A stretch of 38,359 nucleotides of DNA, from NCBI GenBank assembly GCA_040384765.1, contig JAZKIQ010000005.1, positions 87,558-125,916 of the forward strand. Reading direction: 5' to 3'. How positions within the stretch are numbered: position 1 is the stretch's first letter; every line of letters starts with the position of its first letter. Source of the stretch: Patescibacteria group bacterium. GTDB taxonomy: Bacteria; Patescibacteriota; Minisyncoccia; Phycocordibacterales; JBBUBG01. The translations under genes and the position numbers were made by a program. The notes beneath the pieces are model-generated. The model ran no database searches. It had not been told where the DNA came from and saw only the letters and a list, made by a program, of their open reading frames with translations. Below, in pieces: positions 34,442 through 38,359 of this stretch.

Positions 34442-35164
34442 TTATACTACTCCCTGAAGCCGCTGCGCGGCCTCTTTTATATCTTGCGCTTTGAAAAGTG
34501 CTGATCCTGCTACAAGAATATCCGCACCTGCTTTGAGAACCTTTGGTGCCGTTACTTCAGAAATACCTCCATCAACTGATATTGTAACGTGCGGAAACAT
34601 CGCCCGCAATTTTTGAATGCGTGGAAGCACATCCTCGGCAAACGGCTGGCCGCCAAATCCCACTTTTTCAATCGACATAAGCTGCACGTGGGTCACCCGA
34701 TCCATATAGGGAGCGATAGATTCAATTGGTGTACTGAGATTGAGAGAGAGGCCAGCTTGGCGCTTCATATCGCGAATAATCTCAAGCGCACGATCGAGAT
34801 GTGTTGTAGATTCCGGATGAATGAGCACCCGCTTTACTACACCGTGGGTAAGCCACTCGTGGAGAACCTCTTCAGGATTTACCATCATGCAGTGGAGCTC
34901 GATTGCCACTTTTGTATCGAGCTTCTCAATATCATCAATATCGCCTCCGGTTTCTCCGCTGTCGTGCACAGAGGTATGGTCCTCGTATGGCCAGGTGTAT
35001 GCAGGAACGAAAATACCATCCATCAGATCAACCTGTGCCGTTTTTACTACCCCCTCTACAAGCTCTATCTTTCTTTTCACCTCTGCAAACGTCGTTTCGA
35101 GGATTGCAGGCACGATCTCAGCAGCAAACTGGATATCAGTCGGATCTTTTTTAAGAAATTGCAT
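34442..35164 (-). CDS. rpe: Ribulose-phosphate 3-epimerase
   Basis: DLMDGIFVP, ELHCM, GFGGQPF, VDGGI, GADILVAGSA. Confidence 0.93.
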   Translation of the reverse strand: MQFLKKDPTDIQFAAEIVPAILETTFAEVKRKIELVEGVVKTAQVDLMDGIFVPAYTWPYEDHTSVHDSGETGGDIDDIEKLDTKVAIELHCMMVNPEEVLHEWLTHGVVKRVLIHPESTTHLDRALEIIRDMKRQAGLSLNLSTPIESIAPYMDRVTHVQLMSIEKVGFGGQPFAEDVLPRIQKLRAMFPHVTISVDGGISEVTAPKVLKAGADILVAGSALFKAQDIKEAAQRLQGVV

Positions 35165-35660
35165 CGATTTTAGTTATACGGCGAAGATGACGGCTTTCAC
35201 CCGTGAATGGCGTTTCGAGCCACAAAAGCACAGCCTGCTTTGCCTCTTCATCAGAGAGAAAGCGTGCGCCAAGGGAAAGAACATTTGAATTATTGTGCTC
35301 GCGGGAAAGTCTAACGATCTTTTCATTAAAAGAGTAGAGCACGACGGCACGCACCCCGCTCACCCGATTGACGGCCATCGCTTCGCCCTCTCCAGTGCCT
35401 CCCAAAACGATGCCGCGGGAAAGAGGCGCTCGGGCTACCGCTTGCGCGAGTGGCAGTACGAAATCCGGATAGTCATCGGCGAGATCAAGAGAGTGCGGAC
35501 CGAGATCTTCGAGATCATATCCATGATCAATCAAAAAAGGCTTGAGAACCTCTTTGAGATCGTATCCCGCATGATCCCCTGCAATAAAAAGCTTCTTCGA
35601 CTCTCGGCCTATTGCGGCAGAAAGAGGAGAGTCCTTCGGAAGTGAAGTAAAAATACCCAT
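35151..35660 (-). CDS. rpiB: Ribose-5-phosphate isomerase B
   Basis: GDHAG..LK, DDYPD, GGTGEGE, REHNNSNVLSLGAR, RH.RRI. Confidence 0.93.
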   Translation of the reverse strand: MGIFTSLPKDSPLSAAIGRESKKLFIAGDHAGYDLKEVLKPFLIDHGYDLEDLGPHSLDLADDYPDFVLPLAQAVARAPLSRGIVLGGTGEGEAMAVNRVSGVRAVVLYSFNEKIVRLSREHNNSNVLSLGARFLSDEEAKQAVLLWLETPFTGESRHLRRITKIDAIS

Positions 35661-35695
35661 ACGATGTTCGTTATACTACCACGCCTACGGAGATT

Positions 35696-36724
35696 TTATG
35701 CATACGCCACGGACTTCAAAACATGATTTAAGAGTGTGTACGTATACCCCGCCTCATTGTCATACCACGCAAGCACTTTTACCAGATTGCCGCCAACCAC
35801 CTTTGTAAACGAAAGATCCACAATCGATGCATGCGTATCTCCAATAATATCGGATGAGACAAGCTGCTCGGTGGTAACCGCAAGAATATCTTTCCAACGC
35901 TCAGTTGCCGCCGCATCTGAAAGAAGCTTGTTTACCTCTTCCGCTGTAGTGTTGCGCCTTGCAAGAAAGGTAAGGTCAGCGAGCGAGCCGGTTATCAGGG
36001 GGATACGCAGAGCGATCCCATCAAACTTGCCTGCGAGCGTGGGTATCGCTTTTGTCACGGCAATAGCAGCGCCAGTCGTTGAGGGAACGATATTTGCGGC
36101 ACCCGCCCGCCCGCGCCTCCAATCTTTTGCATCAGGAGAGTCAACAAGCTTCTGCGTAGCTGTGTACGCATGCACCGTAGAGAGTATCGCTTTCTCGATG
36201 CCGAGCGTTTCGTGCAGCACCTGCATCACAGGGCTTGCGGAGTTTGTCGTGCACGAAGCGTTTGAGGTAATAGGACAGCTGCGAAGGTTTGATTCGTTGA
36301 TTCCCATGAGCACTGTATCCTCAATCCCGTCGGTGAGTTCGTGATGCCCTTCAAACGGAGCTGACACGACAACCCTCTTTGCACCGGCAGTGATATGTAC
36401 TTTTGCCTTTTCTGGAGTGGCAAAAAAACCTGTAGACTCGACCACCAGATCAACCCCAAGTTTCTTCCAAGGGAGAAGGCTTGGATCTTTTTCCGAAAAA
36501 TACGGAATGGCGATTCCGTTTACTGAGAGCACCCCTTCTTTTGTTTCCGTCTTAATACCCGAGCGCCCGTAAGCGGTATCGTACCGCAAGAGATATGCGA
36601 TATTTTCAATCTCGGCGAGATCATTGATACCAACAATCTCTATCTCATCGCGCTCAAGTGCGAGCCGGAGAAATGATCGGCCGATTCGCCCGAGGCCATT
36701 TATGGCAACTTTTCTTTTCAACAT
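35696..36724 (-). CDS. gap: Type I glyceraldehyde-3-phosphate dehydrogenase
   Basis: INGLGRIGR, ESTG, SNASCTTN, STTGAA, WYDNE; ATG 36724. Confidence 0.97.
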   Translation of the reverse strand: MLKRKVAINGLGRIGRSFLRLALERDEIEIVGINDLAEIENIAYLLRYDTAYGRSGIKTETKEGVLSVNGIAIPYFSEKDPSLLPWKKLGVDLVVESTGFFATPEKAKVHITAGAKRVVVSAPFEGHHELTDGIEDTVLMGINESNLRSCPITSNASCTTNSASPVMQVLHETLGIEKAILSTVHAYTATQKLVDSPDAKDWRRGRAGAANIVPSTTGAAIAVTKAIPTLAGKFDGIALRIPLITGSLADLTFLARRNTTAEEVNKLLSDAAATERWKDILAVTTEQLVSSDIIGDTHASIVDLSFTKVVGGNLVKVLAWYDNEAGYTYTLLNHVLKSVAYA

Positions 36725-36787
36725 AGATACGTACCAGTGTATCACTCATGCAAAGCGAAACACCAAGTGGAGTGGTGATAAAGAATC

Positions 36788-36913
36788 TAGAGCGTGTCTA
36801 AAAACCCCAGATACGCGAAGCCAAGGAAGAAAAATGGGAGCTGTACATTAAGGTACAGTGAGCGTTTTTCGACCGATGGCGACAAAGTAGGTGGGGGTTT
36901 TAGACACGCTCTA
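36788..36913. mobile_element. Structured TAG...CTA element, family D copy 3
   Basis: TIR TAGAGCGTGTCTAAAA/TTTTAGACACGCTCTA; internal AGCTGTAC-N6-GTACAGTG..GCGACAAAG. Confidence 0.75.
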
Positions 36914-37696
36914 CTAGCCCTTGCGGCTGAAGCCGCTCTTGATTTTAGTAAGCTCTCGGCGTTTTTTTGCGATCTCAGCCTTAAGCTTCTTTTCCCATGT
37001 TGCAAAAAAATCCTGCTCCTCCTTGCGAGCTTTCTCGATCTCACGTTTGAGAGCGTACCATTCACTTTTTGTAAAAGCTCTCAAGCGCTGTTTGAGCCGC
37101 ACGATCCCCACATCGATGGTCCGCAGATGGGCAGAAAGATCGGTCTCCGGTATTGCCTCTGGCAAGAGATCCTCGTCCACTCCCCGCTCAATTGCGCGCA
37201 GCGCATCGATATTACCCTCCGAGTATGCTCGATTGATCTCTTTCATCTTCTCGGCGTTCCCTTCCGCGAGATCTGGATGGTATTTATGAGCAAGCTTTCT
37301 AAACAGCTTTTTAAGCTCTGCAGATTGGGCCACCTTGGGCGAATGCCCCGACTCAGAGGGTGCACCTTCATCGCCAAGCGCCTCCTGCTCACGCTCACGT
37401 GCTTTGGCAAACTCAGAAAAGGTACGCTCCTCTACAAGCTTGCGCGCATCAGCATATGTATACCCCTTTACCATCAGATCATTGATCTTTTTTGACTCGA
37501 ACAGAGAATAGTCAAGCATATCTGACTCGTAGGTGAGCCTGCCGATACGCATATCGTGTTCGTATTTAAGCTCCAGGAGCTCATCCTTTAAGCGCTCGAG
37601 CCTTCCTGCAAGTCTTGAAAACTCCTGTTTTTTCTTGGCAAGAAGGGCTCGCAGTCGCTTGGTAGCAGGTGATTCTGCGGGCAAGTGCGAGGTCAT
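36914..37696 (-). CDS. Coiled-coil protein with internal J domain
   Basis: LKKLFRKLAHKYHPDL...MKEINRAY (HPD motif), flanked by heptad-rich helices. Confidence 0.85.
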   Translation of the reverse strand: MTSHLPAESPATKRLRALLAKKKQEFSRLAGRLERLKDELLELKYEHDMRIGRLTYESDMLDYSLFESKKINDLMVKGYTYADARKLVEERTFSEFAKAREREQEALGDEGAPSESGHSPKVAQSAELKKLFRKLAHKYHPDLAEGNAEKMKEINRAYSEGNIDALRAIERGVDEDLLPEAIPETDLSAHLRTIDVGIVRLKQRLRAFTKSEWYALKREIEKARKEEQDFFATWEKKLKAEIAKKRRELTKIKSGFSRKG

Positions 37697-37780
37697 ATTA
37701 GGAGAAGTATAGCAGTTTTTGACCTAAAAAAACAGGCCTGTCTGGTTGTAAAACAGACCCTAACAGGCTATTCTCAGGCA

Positions 37781-38233
37781 ATGATTCATGAAAATCTCAA
37801 AGGTGAAGTAAAGAAAGCGATGCTTGCGAAAGACGAGCTGCGCCTTTCGGTTATCCGAGGACTCATTGCGGCCTTTACCAACGAGCTCGTAGCAAAGCGC
37901 CGCCAGCCGCAAGAGATGCTCTCCGACGAAGAGGCGCTCGCAGTGATTACGCGCCAGGTAAAGCAACGCAAAGATTCTATCGAACAGTTCACCGCAGGAG
38001 GCCGACCAGACCTAGCCGGATCTGAAAAAGCAGAGCTTGCGATCCTCGAAGCATTCCTCCCTGAAATGATGAGCGAAGAAGAAGTTCGAAAAGTGGTTGT
38101 TGCCAAGAAAGCCGAGATGGGACTGTCCGACAAAGCAGAAGCTGGAAAGTTCACCGGCGTAATCATGAAGGAACTGAAAGGAAAAGCTGACGGTTCACTC
38201 GTAAAAAAGATTGTGGACGAGCTGTTTACATAG
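37781..38233 (+). CDS. GatB/YqeY domain protein
   Basis: KKAMLAKDELRLSVIR, KQRKDSIEQF..GGR.DLA..E..E...LP, LKGKADG. Confidence 0.92.
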   Translation: MIHENLKGEVKKAMLAKDELRLSVIRGLIAAFTNELVAKRRQPQEMLSDEEALAVITRQVKQRKDSIEQFTAGGRPDLAGSEKAELAILEAFLPEMMSEEEVRKVVVAKKAEMGLSDKAEAGKFTGVIMKELKGKADGSLVKKIVDELFT

Positions 38234-38257
38234 AAAAGAAGAGGCCGTATCACAAAA

Positions 38258-38289
38258 AAAACGGGCGCCCCTTACGGGGCGCCCGTTTT
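38258..38289. terminator. Bidirectional terminator
   Basis: AAAACGGGCGCCCC-TTAC-GGGGCGCCCGTTTT. Confidence 0.75.
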
Positions 38290-38301
38290 CTGGACCTCGT
38301 G

Positions 38302-38359
38302 CTACTCAGCTCTTTTTTTAAGCTCCAAATCAATCGCAAGAGGATCTGGAAAAACCAAC
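38302..38359 (-). CDS. 3' end of a gene truncated by the window edge
   Basis: Open frame ...LVFPDPLAIDLELKKRAE* ending just before the terminator. Confidence 0.4.
   Translation of the reverse strand, partial: LVFPDPLAIDLELKKRAE

Noticed and set aside
1-38359. Alternative genetic code (UGA=Gly), tRNA/rRNA genes, DGR or retron
   Set aside because: Conserved genes translate full length under code 11. I saw no T-loop/cloverleaf, rRNA, reverse transcriptase or adenine-variable repeat pair by eye; tRNAscan and cmscan were not run.

Overview
This window looks like ordinary chromosome from a Patescibacteria (CPR, Parcubacteria-like) bacterium using genetic code 11. The taxonomy is inferred from gene content, a short AlaRS, split transketolase and CPR-type hypothetical proteins. 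Core genes include htrA, sod, dsbA, the infA-rpmJ-rpsM-rpsK-rpsD-rpoA-rplQ-rplM-rpsI operon, mutY, nth, murD, rsmE, alaS, mnmA, mltG, leuS, a glycolysis/pentose-phosphate cluster (gap-rpiB-rpe-tktN-tktC, pfkB-like kinase, fba), a J-domain protein and YqeY. I saw no tRNA, rRNA, CRISPR array, transposase or integrase. The unexplained signal is mostly non-coding. At least four small structured repeat families sit at gene boundaries: a TAG...CTA ~125-bp hairpin family (x3), a TCCCGTTAGA MITE-like family with 4-bp target duplications (x2, one adding 31 codons to nth), a 38-nt-core family (x2) and palindromic heptamer elements (x3). Related heptamer tracts lie in frame inside MnmA and LeuRS. Other leads are: a degenerate actin-fold (FtsA/PilM-like) gene paired with a membrane-anchored baseplate-J-like gene; a lytic transglycosylase with a perfect promoter, structured leader and probable non-AUG start; Fe-S-free MutY and Nth; a LeuRS with a rewritten editing motif; and a split between apparently leaderless core genes and Shine-Dalgarno-led orphan cassettes. 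All assignments come from reading motifs by eye; no searches were run.
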